A stretch of 63,676 bases of DNA, filler included, from Octopus bimaculoides (taxonomy: Eukaryota), in assembly GCF_001194135.2 (NCBI RefSeq). It is 7 parts of 7 records of this genome, joined end to end, with 100 filler letters (N's around TTAATTAATTAA, not from the genome) between each part and the next. Parts side by side here need not be neighbours in the genome. Positions count along the whole stretch, not along the records: positions 9,294 to 24,175 come from NC_069003.1; positions 24,276 to 31,980 come from NC_068983.1; 5 more parts are not named here. One strand, written 5' to 3'. The number at the start of each line of letters is the position of its first letter. Position 1 is the stretch's first letter. Made by a program: the position numbers and the translations under genes. Positions 13,133-26,749 of this stretch are shown one piece after another. The notes beneath the pieces are model-generated. The model searched no databases. It saw nothing but the letters and a program-made list of their open reading frames with translations, and was not told where the DNA came from.

Positions 13133-13329
13133 AACATACATATATACACACACACACCCATATAGTAACATGCATGTGAATGTACATGAGTGTGTGTCAT
13201 TTGTATAGTTTACGTGAAGCATTGTCGCATACATATTATTTTCATTTTCCTCTTATTTTGTTAAGCCACAACAATGCAAGTTATAAAGAAAATACAGGTC
13301 AATGGTCAGTACTTTTACTTGGTGTTTCA

Positions 13330-13479
13330 ACATATCAGGGTTAGGATTCTTTCTTACAGAAAATCTATGGCTATGAGAAAAGATGCTGTTAGCTGACTTC
13401 TCTTCAGATCAGTGAAGTCAGCTAACAATACCTTTTCTCCATAGATTTCCTGAAGAAGGGGTTCTAACCCTCAAATATC
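13330..13479. mobile_element. Penelope-like inverted terminal repeat (hairpin) with CTGAAGA..(C)AAA motif
   Basis: About 13330-13400 pairs with about 13414-13478; right arm CTGAAGAAGGGGTTCTAACCCTCAAATATC resembles 233-258 and 826-857. Confidence 0.55.
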
Positions 13480-13605
13480 AGGTGAAAAGATTGATCTCTA
13501 TTATTTTAATAATTTGCATTGTTTTAGCTTTAAAAAGTGTGTATATATATATATATACTAGTAACACGCATGTATATGTAACTGTGTACGGAAGTCTGTA
13601 CATGC

Positions 13606-13667
<62 letters not shown>

Positions 13668-14206
13668 GCCATTATTATTATTTTTTATTAATGATAATAT
13701 CCTTATATTTGTGTGTACATGTTTGTGTGAATGTGTGTATGTATGAATGTATATCAAAATAATGACATGTAGATATGTATGTCTGGAAATATGTACACAT
13801 ACGCAGTCATAGGTGTACATCTCTAAATATGTTTTCTGTACATGTGTGTGTGTGTGTGCGTAAAGTGAATTTAGTTTCGCTTTCAATTTGAAACCATTTT
13901 AATAAGAAAACATGTGACCGTCAAAAGCCTCAAGCCAGCATCCACTTTGTTTAGAGTTACAAAAGGAACAAAGAAAGAAAATCTAGTGCAAAAATGTCCT
14001 TAAAACAATCAAAATGAACAACAAAAGATGTGAAAGAATTAATAAAACAAAATATCTATCCAAGAAGCAAGGAAAATAGTGCTATTAGGCAGATGTTTGA
14101 GAGAAGGAATTCTTCTTGTAAGTGGAGACAACTACAGTGAAAAACGGAGGATTAGCAATGAGCTGATTCATTCAAGTAGCAACCTTAGGAGGAATATTGA
14201 CTAAAG

Positions 14207-14471
14207 CAGGGGTTTTCAAATTTTTTGACTTGCGGACCCCTTTATATTTCAGGCTTTACCTTAGGGACCCCCTTATAAACGCTTATGAAATTTATACATA
14301 AATATTTGCTTAAAATAGCATATATTTTTACATTTATTTATTTAACAAATAGGTTTATTGTCAATTAAAAGATTTTGATTAAAAAACATATATAAAATCA
14401 AATTGCCCATAAAAAGTATTTGCTGTCCACGGACCCCCTGTGGTCCGTGGACCACAGTTTGAAAACCCCTG
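14207..14471. mobile_element. hAT (Charlie-type) MITE, 265 bp, perfect 8-bp TSD
   Basis: TIRs CAGGGGTTTTCAAA / TTTGAAAACCCCTG; TSD GACTAAAG at 14199-14206 and 14472-14479. Confidence 0.9.
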
Positions 14472-14717
14472 GACTAAAGGAGAACAGAAAAGACAAAGAA
14501 TGAGTGGTTGTGCATGTACCTAAGTGTATATAAATGTGTCTATACACATGTGCGTGTGTGGTGGAGTGATGTGTGTTCCATCCATCTTCTCTACCACTAT
14601 GACTTTCTCAGGAATAGCAAGCAGACTCCTCTGGCACCTCCTCCTCCTCCACAGGGTGCTATCAGAAGCAACTGCTATTACACTTTCTGGCCTGATTCCT
14701 CAGCACAACTACTCTTT

Positions 14718-15052
14718 TACTCTTTAACTTGTTTCAGTCATTTGACTGCGGCCATGCTGGAGCACCGCCTTTAGTCGAGCAAATCGCCCCCAGGACTTAT
14801 TCTTTTTTAAGCCTAGCACTTATTTCATCGGTCTATTTTTTGCTGAACCACTAAGTTACAGGGATATAAACACACCAGCATCGGTTGTCAAGTGATGTTG
14901 GGGAGACAAATACAGACACATAAACACACATATATATATATACATATATATACGATTTGCTTCTTTCAGTTTCTGTCTACCAAATCCACTCACAAAGCTT
15001 TGGTTGGCCCGAGGCTATAGTAGAAGACACTTGCCCAAGGTGCCACGCAGTG
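14718..15052 (-). mobile_element. SINE family 1, head truncated
   Basis: TTTCAGTCATTTGACTGCGGCCATGCTGGAGCACC..GGTGCCACGCAGTGGG. Confidence 0.85.
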
Positions 15053-15330
15053 GGTGGACATATTCTAACCATTTCGTACTTGGTCTATCCTTGGATCTCC
15101 CGCTGGTTGACTTGGCTTCAAGAACTTGTATTACAATTCTTCCCTGAGCCATTCTAGTCACACATCTGTAATACTGGAGCTGTGACCGACCTTCCAATGT
15201 GGAAGACGTAATGGCTCGATCTGGAGACTCCCCCGAACTCTAGGCAATGCACCCTGTAATATAGCATTACCCCAGGGTTCTTTCGGAGAACCCTCTTTTC
15301 AGCTGCTTGTATTCGCAATCATATTCTTTC
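15053..15330 (-). mobile_element. RTE-clade LINE 3' fragment
   Basis: ORF 15015..15197 (LQYYRCVTRM..VLEAKSTSGRSKDRPSTKWLEYV) resembles the RTE C-terminal G-H-V-R / R-G-R-P-x-x-x-W motif. Confidence 0.55.
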
Positions 15331-15609
15331 AGTCATTACCCAACATGTGTATTTATCTTTGTGCTTGTCCCCCACCATCGCTTGACAACCGGTGCTGGTT
15401 TGTTTACATCCCCATGACTTAGCGATTCAAAAAAGAGTGACTAATAGAATAAGTAATACCAGACTTTAAAAAATAAGAACCTGCACCAATGATTTGTTCG
15501 GCTAAGTCCTTCTAGGTAGTGCCCCAGTATGGCCGTAATCCAATAAGTGAAACAAGTAAAAGACAGCACTGAGTATTTTCGTTCGTGTAAACACCATTTA
15601 TACATACAT

Positions 15610-15645
<36 letters not shown>

Positions 15646-16574
15646 GATATATGAGTATATGCATCTATATGTACATGTATGTATATATGTTCATCCACAT
15701 GTACATATAGATACATAACAGGGTATATGACGTGGCAAAAAAACAAGGACAAAAATGGTAAACAAGGTGCAACAAACAAGCAGGCCACATAGAAACATCC
15801 CCTTCATCAGCTGCCACCATTAAAACTCCGGCGTTTCGAAGAATTAAGGCAGTACGCATCGTTAAAATGGTTCTTCCCACGAACACAAATTAAATTGTTT
15901 TCATGGAGGGTAGTGGCGGACGGAAAACAAGACAGGAAAACGAAACGGTGAAATAAACAAACAAAACCCTAACCCTAACCCTATATATATATAAAGAGAG
16001 AGAGAGAGACTGAGAGAGATGTGCATGTGTGTCTGTCTGTCTGTCTGTCTGTGTTTATAAAATAAATCAGTAAACAGATAACAGATTTTTTTATGCACTC
16101 ATAACACATGGTTGCGAAGTAATAGTAGTAGTAGTAGTAGCAGTAATGAATGAATGAACAAACAAATAAATATAAACGTATATAAATAAAATCACTGAGG
16201 TTAATTACACGACCACACCATCCACAACTTAGCTAAGTTAGCATTAACATATTTAAGATAACGAGCATTTAAGTACTTAATTAGAAACAATTATTTGTGG
16301 AAAAGATAAAATTAGCAAAAATCATGACTGTTATTTTAGTCATTATGTCAGTTAAACGAGACGAGACAAGAATTGATCTTGTGCTTATTTGCAGTTTATT
16401 AAAACATTTATTAGTCATCAAGGTAACTAATGTTGTCGTTACTTCATCAATTAATTATCTATAATTAGGTTTCTAATGCGCACCGACTTCGAATGTTTTC
16501 TTGTAATTGCTGAAAGACTCAAAATAATTATTAGTCTTTTCTTTTGTCTTATATGAATTGACCTCAGTGGATTC

Positions 16575-16955
16575 TTTTTACTCGTTTCAGTCATTTGACT
16601 GCAGCCATGCTGGAGCACCGCCTTTAGTCGAACAAATCGACCCCAGGACTTATTCTTTGTTAGCTTAGTTCTTATTCTATCAGTCTCTTTTGCCAAACTG
16701 CTAGGTTACGGGGATGTAAACACACCAACATCGGTTGTCAAGCAATGATGAGGACAAACACAGACACACAAACACACACACATATATACACACACACAAA
16801 TACACAACGGGCTTCTTGCAGTTTTCTACAAAATCCACTCACTTTGGTTGGCCCAAGGCTATAGTAGAAGACACTTGCCCAAGGTGACAGTGGGACTGAA
16901 CCTGGAACCATGTGGTTGGTAAGCAAGCTACTTTCCACAATGCCACTCCTGCGCC
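16575..16955 (-). mobile_element. SINE family 1, near full length
   Basis: Complete family-1 body ending in a tRNA-like head GCCACTCCTGCGCC. Confidence 0.85.
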
Positions 16956-16978
16956 CATATATATATAAATATATATAT

Positions 16979-17809
16979 ATAGGAAAATGAAAAATAATAA
17001 TAAGGCAGAATGCTAAACTGGAAGCATATTTTAATAAAGATTTCTCTAACCGGCTTTCATTGCGAAGCAAATTTTCAAGAAGAGGGAGAATGAAAATGTT
17101 ATTTACAAAGAAGTACAAAATGAAGAAAATAATATATAAAAAAAATAATATAGAAAAAAATAACTATACCAATACATTATATTGTCTTTGAGCTTTTGAA
17201 GTTCAATGGTAATTCATGTATATAATGGTTGGAAAAATAAGGATGCATGAGAATTGAAAGTTGTATCAGGTTTAACAAAAGGGTTAAAAGTTTGTGTTAA
17301 GCAGGAAGTGTGGTGTCAAAACAGGAAGTGTGTGTAAGGGGAGACAAATGTTTTTNNNNNNNNNNNNNNNNNNNNNNNNNNNNNNNNNNNNNNNNNNNNN
17401 NNNNNNNNNNNNNNNNNNNNNNNNNNNNNNNNNNNNNNNNNNNNNNNNNNNNNNNNNNNNNNNNNNNNNNNNNNNNNNNNNNNNNNNNNNNNNNNNNNNN
17501 NNNNNNNNNNNNNNNNNNNNNNNNNNNNNNNNNNNNNNNNNNNNNNNNNNNNNNNNNNNNATTATATACATGGATTACCATTGAACTTCAAAAGCTCAAA
17601 GACAATATAATGTATTGGTATATTTATTTTTTTATATATTATTTTTTTTATATATTATTTTCTTCATTTTGTATTTCTTTGTAAAAAAACATCTTCATTC
17701 TCCCTCTTCTTGAAAATTTGCTTCGCAATGAAAACCGGTTAGAGAAATCTTTATTAAAATATGCTTCCAGTTTAGCATTCTGCCTTATTATTATTTTTCA
17801 TTTTCCTAT
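16979..17809. mobile_element. Foldback/long-TIR element, about 248-bp inverted arms
   Basis: 16979-17226 is the reverse complement of 17561-17809; the same peptide appears in ORFs 16738..17118(-) and 17718..17915(+). Confidence 0.8.
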
Positions 17810-17849
17810 TATTTCTCCACGTGCGGTTAACACAACCCCACTATTTACT

Positions 17850-18120
17850 GACTTATATATATGTTTTTTATTAAACACGGTACTTATTCTATCATCTCTT
17901 TTGCTGAACCACTAAGTAACAGGGATGTAAACACATCAACATTGATTGTCAAATGGTGGTGGCAGTCAAATACAGACATGGACACACACAACACTTTCAG
18001 TCTACTCACAAGGCTTCAGTCGTCCCAAGGTCATATAGAAAGACACTTGCCCAAGGTGTTTCACAATGGGATTGAATCCCAAACCATGTCGTTAGGAAGC
18101 AAACGTCTTACCACTTGTTT
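17850..18120 (-). mobile_element. SINE family 1, diverged
   Basis: TACTTATTCTATC..CTAAGTAACAGGGATGTAAAC..GACACTTGCCCAAGG. Confidence 0.7.
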
Positions 18121-19394
18121 CTAAGCAATGTAATATTTTCCCATGGATAGACATGTTTACACAGAAAACTAGTAATGAACAACCTCGCTTATATGACAAT
18201 GATGCTCATTTACAACCCTCACATGATGTCTACACAAGGGTATACTCACATACATGCACGCATGCATGGGAACACACATACACACCAAATAATCAACACT
18301 AGACCCTTAAAATCTTACTAGCACTCTGTTTGGTAACATTTATATTATCGACCAATACCTAACAAAACATATCACCCAACTTCGAGAAAATGAAGGATAC
18401 ATTGGCTAATATAGTCCGAGATACACTTTGTATGAAAAAGAAAACAGTAATCAGACCAGGTGGTCAAATGCAGAATGCTGTTGGCCATAAGTCTACTTGA
18501 TCCAGGCTGACCCGGAGTGAAACAACCACAACTGGGGAGTAAGATAAAGAAGTATTGATTCTACCGATGTTGTGTGTGAACCATGTGAGTTTCCAATGCT
18601 GCAAGGATTCATGGACTCACACAGAAGAGAGAAGAGCAGGTTTGTAATATTGATGTTCTTGCGAAAAGATCAGGTTAGGTTTGAGGAAAAGATTCTGGTA
18701 GTAGGCTATTGGTGGTCGTGGTGGTGGTGGTGGGGAGAGGGAAAAGAAATCCATGCCAGAATGGAAGAATAACAGACAACGAAACCATTGAGGATCGATG
18801 TAATATATATAGCTATTATTATGATGACGATCATAATAATAATAATAATAATAATAATAAAGACAATAATGTTGGTCGTGATGATATTCATGATGCTGAT
18901 AATTATTAGAATGATGTCCAGAGTGATTCTTTTTACTTTATAAAAACAAAATCAATTACCCAGTCAATCAATTAGCCTACTCATCCATTTATACTGCAGA
19001 CTAAACAAAAAAAGAGAAACAAAAGAATAAGGGGAAAAAAAAAACATTCACCTTTTTTCTCTCTCTCTCGCACGTACACTTCAGCCCTGCCCCCACTTCC
19101 AGCATCACTCCTGGGTGAAGGCTAGTTTTTGCTGTCTGATTACATAAGAAATATTTTTGGCTTATTCTTCACTAAAATGTGAATGAAACACTGAGCCACG
19201 TTAATATCTGAAACAATCCCAAATTTAAAGAAACTCAGTGAAATAACTAATTCTGTTATTATTAAATGGTGTTGAGCAAAATCGTATTTATGGCAGGTAC
19301 CAGTGTCAATTAGACAGGAGTCTGGTGCAGCCTTCCAGCTTACCAGCCCTGGTCAGACCATCCAACCCATGCCAGCATGGACGACGGACATTAA

Positions 19395-19428
<34 letters not shown>

Positions 19429-21232
19429 AATATTAAATATTAATAAAATATACATATTAATATAATAATGTACACCTGTTTTGAGTTCAATTTTTCCTGT
19501 TTGCATCACCAAGCTTCTATGTGTGTGTGTGTGTGTGCGTGCGTGTGTTTTACTTAGGCATAGTGATAAAATTAACCTGGTGTTAGAACTCAATAAATAT
19601 ATATACATTCTTTTATTCTTTTACTTGTTTCAGTCATTTGACTGTGGCCATGCTGAAGCACTGCCTTTAGTCAAACAAATCAACCCCAGGACTTCCAGAA
19701 CCATGTGGTTGGGAAGCAAGCTTCTTACCACACTGCCACATCTACACCTACGCTTATATATATATATAAAGCAAATAATAAATGAGTATATGCATATATA
19801 CGTACAGGTATGTGCATACCTACGTCTACCTGTATATGTAGGTGCATATCTGGGTACAGAACATTGCAAACAAAACGTAGACAAAAACAATAATAATAAC
19901 CAGAGTACAGAACACACACAGGCCACAGAGAGAACATTTTCCTTCATCAGCTACCCCCATTCTAACACAGGCGTTTCGAAGAGTATATATATATATATAT
20001 ATATAGGGCTGGTAACCTGAGGGACTGCACCAGACTCCAGTCTGGTTTGACATGGTTTCTACAGCTGGATGCCCTTCCTAACACCAACCACTCCGAGAGT
20101 GTAATCATGTCATAGAAAATTAGAAGCGGAGAGATAATGCATGATTAATTCAAACCAATTTGAACAATTAAATATTGGAAACGTTGCCTTATTCAGAAAC
20201 TGGTAAAAGGATGATGACAGGAAGGATCTCAACAAATTCTGTCTGATCCATGCAAGCATCGAAACGTGGAAGTTAAGAGCATAACATAGAAATAGCAGTT
20301 TCCAGTGTGAGGTGATGTGACATAGCTTGTCGAGAGAACTGCAGACAAAAGTCCATTTGATAAAAAGCTAGCAAGATGATTCATATCTCTCAGAGACTTT
20401 GCTTTTGTGTCACCTGTTCTTATCAACAAATGCACGAAGATACATCACACACACAAACATATATTTTCTTAACTAATCAGTACCTAAAATAAAGGTGGAA
20501 TGTTCATAGCTGGAATGCCATTAGTTAAAGGTCTTCTCAATCAGAGATGACTTGGTGCTAAACAACAATAACAACAACAACTACAAATTATTCACTTTGG
20601 TTATTCCTTCTCTCATGACTAATTACAAGGCAGAGAGAAATAAGCATAATCAGGAATTCTGAAATTCCTACAAATTAATTGCAACCAAGAATGACTGAAT
20701 ATTAGATGTTAATTATTTACTACACCTCATCCCCCCACCACACACACACACACCATCTTCTACTATCTTCAATTAATTTTAAATATAACAAAGAATTTAG
20801 TAAAATACCTTTGTTATCATTAAGCTAGTATTAGGTCCGGTGGAGGATTTTAATTCAAAACTTACGGAAACAAGACATTTGTACTCAGAGCCAGAGGTGG
20901 TTTCAGCTGGGTTGGTATAAAAAGGGTTAAAGAAAGACCTGATCATTGTCAAAGGAATCTATGGCAGATATATTTCGGCCACCTCAGCCTCATCAATGAT
21001 GCACCATCAACACAAACACAGAACAATAGTCTAAGACTTTTATATACATATATATTAAATATACTCAAATACCCAAAATTTCAAGGAGTTCCTGCCTTAA
21101 AAACAGGAACTACACCACAGTTATTTTGTGTTCTTTGCTACATTGGTTTCTATTAACCCATTTATTCTATCCGAAGAATTTTTATTCATTAAGATAGAAG
21201 AAATACATATAATTAAATAAATATATATATAT

Positions 21233-21293
21233 ATTTAAAATGCAGAGATGCCTATAATAGGACACCTATTATAGGCGTCTCTGCATTTTAAAT
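21233..21293. repeat. Hairpin, 29-bp arms (1 mismatch, G-U compatible), 3-nt loop
   Basis: ATTTAAAATGCAGAGATGCCTATAATAGG-ACA-CCTATTATAGGCGTCTCTGCATTTTAAAT. Confidence 0.9.
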
Positions 21294-21677
21294 GAATAAT
21301 ACATAGTCTATTGACTGTTTTTTTACTCTCGCTAGACCACTGGTGGTAAATAAAATTTCTAAAATTTTTTTGCTACCCTATAATTTATATATATATATAT
21401 ATATATATACACTCCGGTAGTAACTATTCAGATAGAATGGGGCATGCCAAAGCTAAGCTGAAACAGCTGTAAGATTAAACTTTTGTTCATTCTCTAATTC
21501 CTTATGTACTTTGTACGTTTATCTGTAAACCCGGTTGTCAAAATAACATGGTTTGTCATAAACACCTGTACTTTGTGGGTTTTTTTGTCACTTTAACTAT
21601 GAATTAAATTACTGCATTCAACGGGATACACTGTCTGCAAGTCGTTGGGTTCAGCATATTATCCTCCATTTTCTAAT

Positions 21678-21720
<43 letters not shown>

Positions 21721-22204
21721 TATGATGGTTTCAGATCTGCAGTAGTATGCAAAATAGTGAAGAAAAGTGAGCTAAGGGAAAAAACTAAAATAAGCTGATA
21801 GCATGGATTAAAATATAAAAATAGTTAGTTCGAGTTGGTCTATGTGAATCTACACAAAAATATGTGTATTTACACACAAGACAGAAAGAAACTAGATATG
21901 TAAGCAAGAATGTTTACGTGTGTGTGTGGCAGGGGGTATGCATAAATAAATATACACACATATACACACACGTGTGTGTATGTGTACATAGAGAGAGACA
22001 AGCAGCTAAATATTTGTGCTCATATATGCATGCATAAACATGAATGCACATATGCTTAAATGTATATGCATGTGAATGTATAGATCTTCACACTATAAAT
22101 GAGTTGATTTCCATCATGTATGTGTTTGTGTATGTGAGCATATACATACACAGACATACACGTGTGCATGTGTGTATATATATATGTGTATGTATTATGT
22201 ATGC

Positions 22205-22245
<41 letters not shown>

Positions 22246-22263
22246 NNNNNNNNNNNNNNNNNN

Positions 22264-22299
<36 letters not shown>

Positions 22300-22489
22300 C
22301 TTCAGCATATCTGGAGCAAAGATGGAACATACATAGTGTGTGTGAAAAATGTGAAAAAAACACCCAAGATAAGGGGGAAAAAAAGGGGTACAAAACTTAA
22401 CAGAAACAACAGCAAACAACAATAAAAATATATTTCAGACTAACAAACAAAATAATGAAGCAAACAAACAGAAAGAATATTCTTTTCTA

Positions 22490-23085
22490 TTCTAGGCACA
22501 AGGCCTGAAATTTTTTGGGAGGGGNNNNNNNNNNNNNNNNNNNNNNNNNNNNNNNNNNNNNNNNNNNNNNNNNNNNNNNNNNNNNNNNNNNNNNNNNNNN
22601 NNNNNNNNNNNNNNNNNNNNNNNNNNNNNNNNNNNNNNNNNNNNNNNNNNNNNNNNNNNNNNNNNNNNNNNNNNNNNNNNNNNNNNNNNNNNNNNNNNNN
22701 NNNNNNNNNNNNNNNNNNNNNNNNNNGGGGCAGTTGATTAAATTGACTCCAGTACACAACTGGTACTTAATTTATCGACCCTGAAGGGATGAAAGGCAAA
22801 GTTGACCTCGGCGGAATTTGAACTCAGAATGTAAAGATAGATGAAATACTGCTAAGCATTTCGCCCGGCATGCTAACAATTCTTATTTTTTTATTGCCCA
22901 CAAGGGGCTAAACATGGAGGGGACAAAGAAGGACAGACAAAAGGATTAAGTTGATTACATAGACTCCAGTGCATAACTGGTACTTAATTTATCGACCCCG
23001 AAAGGATGAAAGGTGAAGCTGACCTCGGCGGAATTTGAACGCAGAATGTAACAGCAGACGAAATACCGCTAAGCATTTCGTCCAG
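22490..23085 (-). mobile_element. Two tandem SINE family 3 copies
   Basis: AACTGGTACTTAATTTATCGACCC..GACCTCGGCGGAATTTGAAC..GCTAAGCATTTCG occurs twice (about 22730-22880 and 22930-23085). Confidence 0.8.
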
Positions 23086-23229
23086 ATTCACACACTTATT
23101 GCAGTGGTCCTTCAGTTTTTTTTAATCCTTGTAAAAGAACTCAGAAGGTTGGGCCTCCAACCAGGCCTTTTGCTATACCCTTAAAGCCAGGAACTTTTTG
23201 GCACCCACCTCGTATCTTTATGATCTGAA

Positions 23230-23720
23230 AATGAAGATTCAATCTCTGGAATAACATCACACCTATTCTCCAAGGCCTTAGAAGTTCAAGAGCCAGAGAT
23301 CAGCACAAGGTCATGGTATCTTGGTGACTGTTTTAGAAGATGACAATGGCACCATTCTACTCGATTTTTTTGGAATGTGGCCAAACTGTGAACAACAAGC
23401 AATGCAATGAAGCACATAAAAAGCTTAGAGAAGCCACTGGGTAGCAGAGACCAAAGAATCAGAAAACGAACCGTACTGGCAGCAAATCAGGCAACCAGCA
23501 ACTGAAGCTGGTCAGTGGTCTATCATCCACTGAACACCTGGATCTTGTGACCCCTGACACCATACCTAATAGGCCAAAGATATCAAGTCAGAAACAAGAT
23601 GCGACAGTGAAAAAGTGCCAGAAAAGTGTATATGTTAATTGTTTCAAAGAAGATTCTGGAGTTCAGATCAATGATGGCATAAATGCATCAGTTGTCAAGA
23701 GCTCCTTTGTACTAGAGTAA
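23230..23720 (+). pseudogene. Highly degenerate mariner transposase fragment
   Basis: Frameshifted SPRP*KFKSQRSA.KVMV..FLECGQTVN...HP remnants of the mariner catalytic domain. Confidence 0.55.
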
Positions 23721-23904
23721 CTCTATCAACATTGTAATTTATACATGAAAACATGAGGGTTGGCAACAGGAAGAGTACCCAGTTGTAAAAAACCCTGCCT
23801 TAACAAAAATTCCATCCAACCCATGGAAGAAAGCATGGAAAAGGGGGCACTAAACAACGATGGTGATGATGATGACCTCAGAATGTAAAAAGCTGCAACA
23901 AATG

Positions 23905-24175
23905 CTGTACTCTTTACTCTTTTACTTGTTTCAGTCTTTTGACTGTGTCCATGCTGGAGCACTGCCTTTAGTCGAGCAAATCGACCCCAGGACTTATTCT
24001 TTCTAAGCCTAGTACTTATTCTATCGGTCTCTATTGCCGAACCGCTAAGTTACGGGGACATAAACACACCAGCATCGGTTGTCAAGCGATGTTGGGGGGG
24101 ACAAACACAGACACACAAACACATACATATATATATATATACACATATATACGACGGGCTTCTTTCAGTTTCCGT
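23905..24175 (-). mobile_element. SINE family 1 (cut by scaffold joint)
   Basis: Near-consensus family-1 body. Confidence 0.85.
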
Positions 24176-24521
24176 NNNNNNNNNNNNNNNNNNNNNNNNN
24201 NNNNNNNNNNNNNNNNNNNTTAATTAATTAANNNNNNNNNNNNNNNNNNNNNNNNNNNNNNNNNNNNNNNNNNNNGCTGTAGCTTATAACTGGGACAGCT
24301 AAAGTGTTGATACCCATTATCTTGTTTTTAGCATTGAGCTCTGTTTTTAGTATTGATCTAACTCGTCTATAGTACTCTTTCTTTATTTTTTCTTTCATTT
24401 GTGTATGTTGTATCCTATCTAGTTCATTGACTCCTAAATACTTATATGGTTGGCTTTCGTCTAGTTCTCTTATTTCATTGGCTTTATCTAGTGTTATATT
24501 GCTACTTTTAACTAATTTTCC

Positions 24522-24522
<1 letters not shown>

Positions 24523-24577
<55 letters not shown>

Positions 24578-24850
24578 GACGTCGCACAATATAAAATATC
24601 GTGAGGTTGTTCATTGAAGACATTGTACCTACTGTGGGTTGTAGTGTTTGTCAAGTCACAACAAGGACCTCAGACAGACAGTAATTTACGCAATATGCGT
24701 GCAGTTCCAAGTAATGCCGACTTTTACAATACACCTAGACTGTAGGGTATTTCTAAAGTTTTTAGATGTTTTTTCAGATTGGGTGGTATTGAACCCAATG
24801 CTCCGATAATAAACAGGGATAACCTTTATGTTCGACTCTCGTAGCTACCA
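24523..24850 (-). mobile_element. R4/Dong-like (RLE) LINE 3' end with (AAT)n tail
   Basis: Minus strand IGALGSIPPNLKKHLKTLEIPYSLGVL*KSALLGTAHILRKLL, followed by an (AAT)n tract at 24523-24576. Confidence 0.7.
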
Positions 24851-26749
24851 CATCTTATACATATATATATATTTTTATTTATTTATTTATTTATGGGTTT
24901 CAGCCAAGTGGCTGTGGTCATGCTGGAGCACCACCGTGATTTTCTCTCCTTATTCTTTGCTCTCTTCATATATATACATATATATGTATATATGTATGTA
25001 AGTATGTATGTATGTATGTATGTATGTATATGTACTGCGTTTATACAAATAACTGAAGTGACATATACACTTGCAGTCATAAATCATAGATATAAATCAC
25101 TTTTATAATTGATTGCAGGTAGTTTGTGTATGTATATGTACGTGTATGTTATGTATGTATGTATGTTTATATATAAATTTATNNNNNNNNNNTTCTTCTA
25201 TGCAATTATTTTCCCTTTTCTGATTATTTCCTTAACGATCCGTCACTTTTTTTTTTCTCATTTATTCATTCTTCATTGTTTTATTTTCCTCATCTCTTCT
25301 TTCTTTTTTTTTTTTCTTCTTATAGCTCGTCACTGTTAAAGATAATGTGTATATGTCAACAATGACCTACATTTTAGGCGTGAAATTATCAACTGATAAT
25401 GTAAAGAAAGTCATCGATTAATATTCTGGCGTGCTATTACCGATAACGCTGCAGTTTACAAAGAAATGTTATTGAATATACACATAATAATGTCAATAAG
25501 GCTGACATATCACTAATAAATACAGCGATTTCTCATTGGTGAGAAGATCGTTGTATTTGAATGCCTCATCTAAGAAAGAGTAGCTATCTAATAGCAATCG
25601 ATAGGACATGAGTTGGTTTGTATACCTCAACAGATGTGTGAGAATATATGAATGCATTTATTAACTTGTGATATTAAATCTTATATGTGAAGCTAGAAAT
25701 AGAATTATTTCATTAAAGCACATATTTTAATTAAGAATTAATCAATGAGAATAGCTTAACTTAAATATTTATATTATATATTAATTATAAAGCAATATCA
25801 ACCTTTTATTTAAGTAATAAAAGTCAGTTTGAATATTTTTTGATAGTTTCTGCACACGCCATATAGCAATGTTAGCTAATTCCTAATATGTTAATACCCT
25901 AATCATTGGTAATAAACCCATTGTTTTATTTCTTTATTATTTTATATATGCTTTTAATATTTTAATGATGATCAGCACCTTTTCAAAATTAATAATCAGT
26001 ATCATTTCGGGGTCGGGGGGAGGGGCAACGTTTGATATATTAAAACTATTGCTACAGTGTCGTTAAGAATTAGCGATATCTATATACAGCTGATGAACTT
26101 TAATATACAAGAAATATATTGCATTATCTCCCTTGCTTTGTCTTACGATCTGTGTTAACGAATCCCCAAGTTTTCTCATCATGGTGACCCGTACAAATAT
26201 CTTCCTCATCCATAATAGAGCATCATGCACACGGGAAGCAAATACAAAAGCAATTCGATTGTACCTAAATGTAGCAAATATGAATGTGTACAACTTGATT
26301 TTTTCAAAATTTTCTCTGCTCTACATACTTCCGATAATTTATCATCGATTTGGGAAACATCAGCATTCATCAGCAAAGGATTAGCTAACCGATTTCTTTA
26401 GCTTCACCCATTTGAGGGGAGTATTGATTTAAGGGACATAACCTGATCCTGACACAGGTGTCTCAAAGTTTCCTTATGCCAATGAATCGACTGTACTGAT
26501 GACGCACATCACCAGAACGCGAGAAACAATACTGATTAATATAATCATCCTTAATGCATTACCATAATACAAAACAAACTTGGTTCCACACACACACAAG
26601 CACACACAATCACACAAAATCACACACATTCATATATATGTGTGTGTGTGTGCGTGTGTGCGTGTGTGTGCGTGTATGCGTGTGTGTGTGTGTCGTATCA
26701 ATAACGAAAGGAGGTAGGTAGGAGTGAAGAGAGAAATTAGGTGTCAGAT

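Noticed and set aside
11426-13886. Long ORFs rich in YI/VC/HT, and poly-I/M/E/K/N/S ORFs at 33-42 kb and 61 kb
   Set aside because: Translations of di- and trinucleotide microsatellites or N-runs, not genes.
15790-15860. GAAA...CTGATGA arrangement (also about 19930-19985) suggesting a type II hammerhead
   Set aside because: Stem I cannot form and stem II is inconsistent between the two copies.
15965-15983. (AACCCT)3 telomere-like repeat (also GGGTTAGGGTTAG at about 722)
   Set aside because: Too short; such motifs are common inside repeats and do not indicate a telomere.
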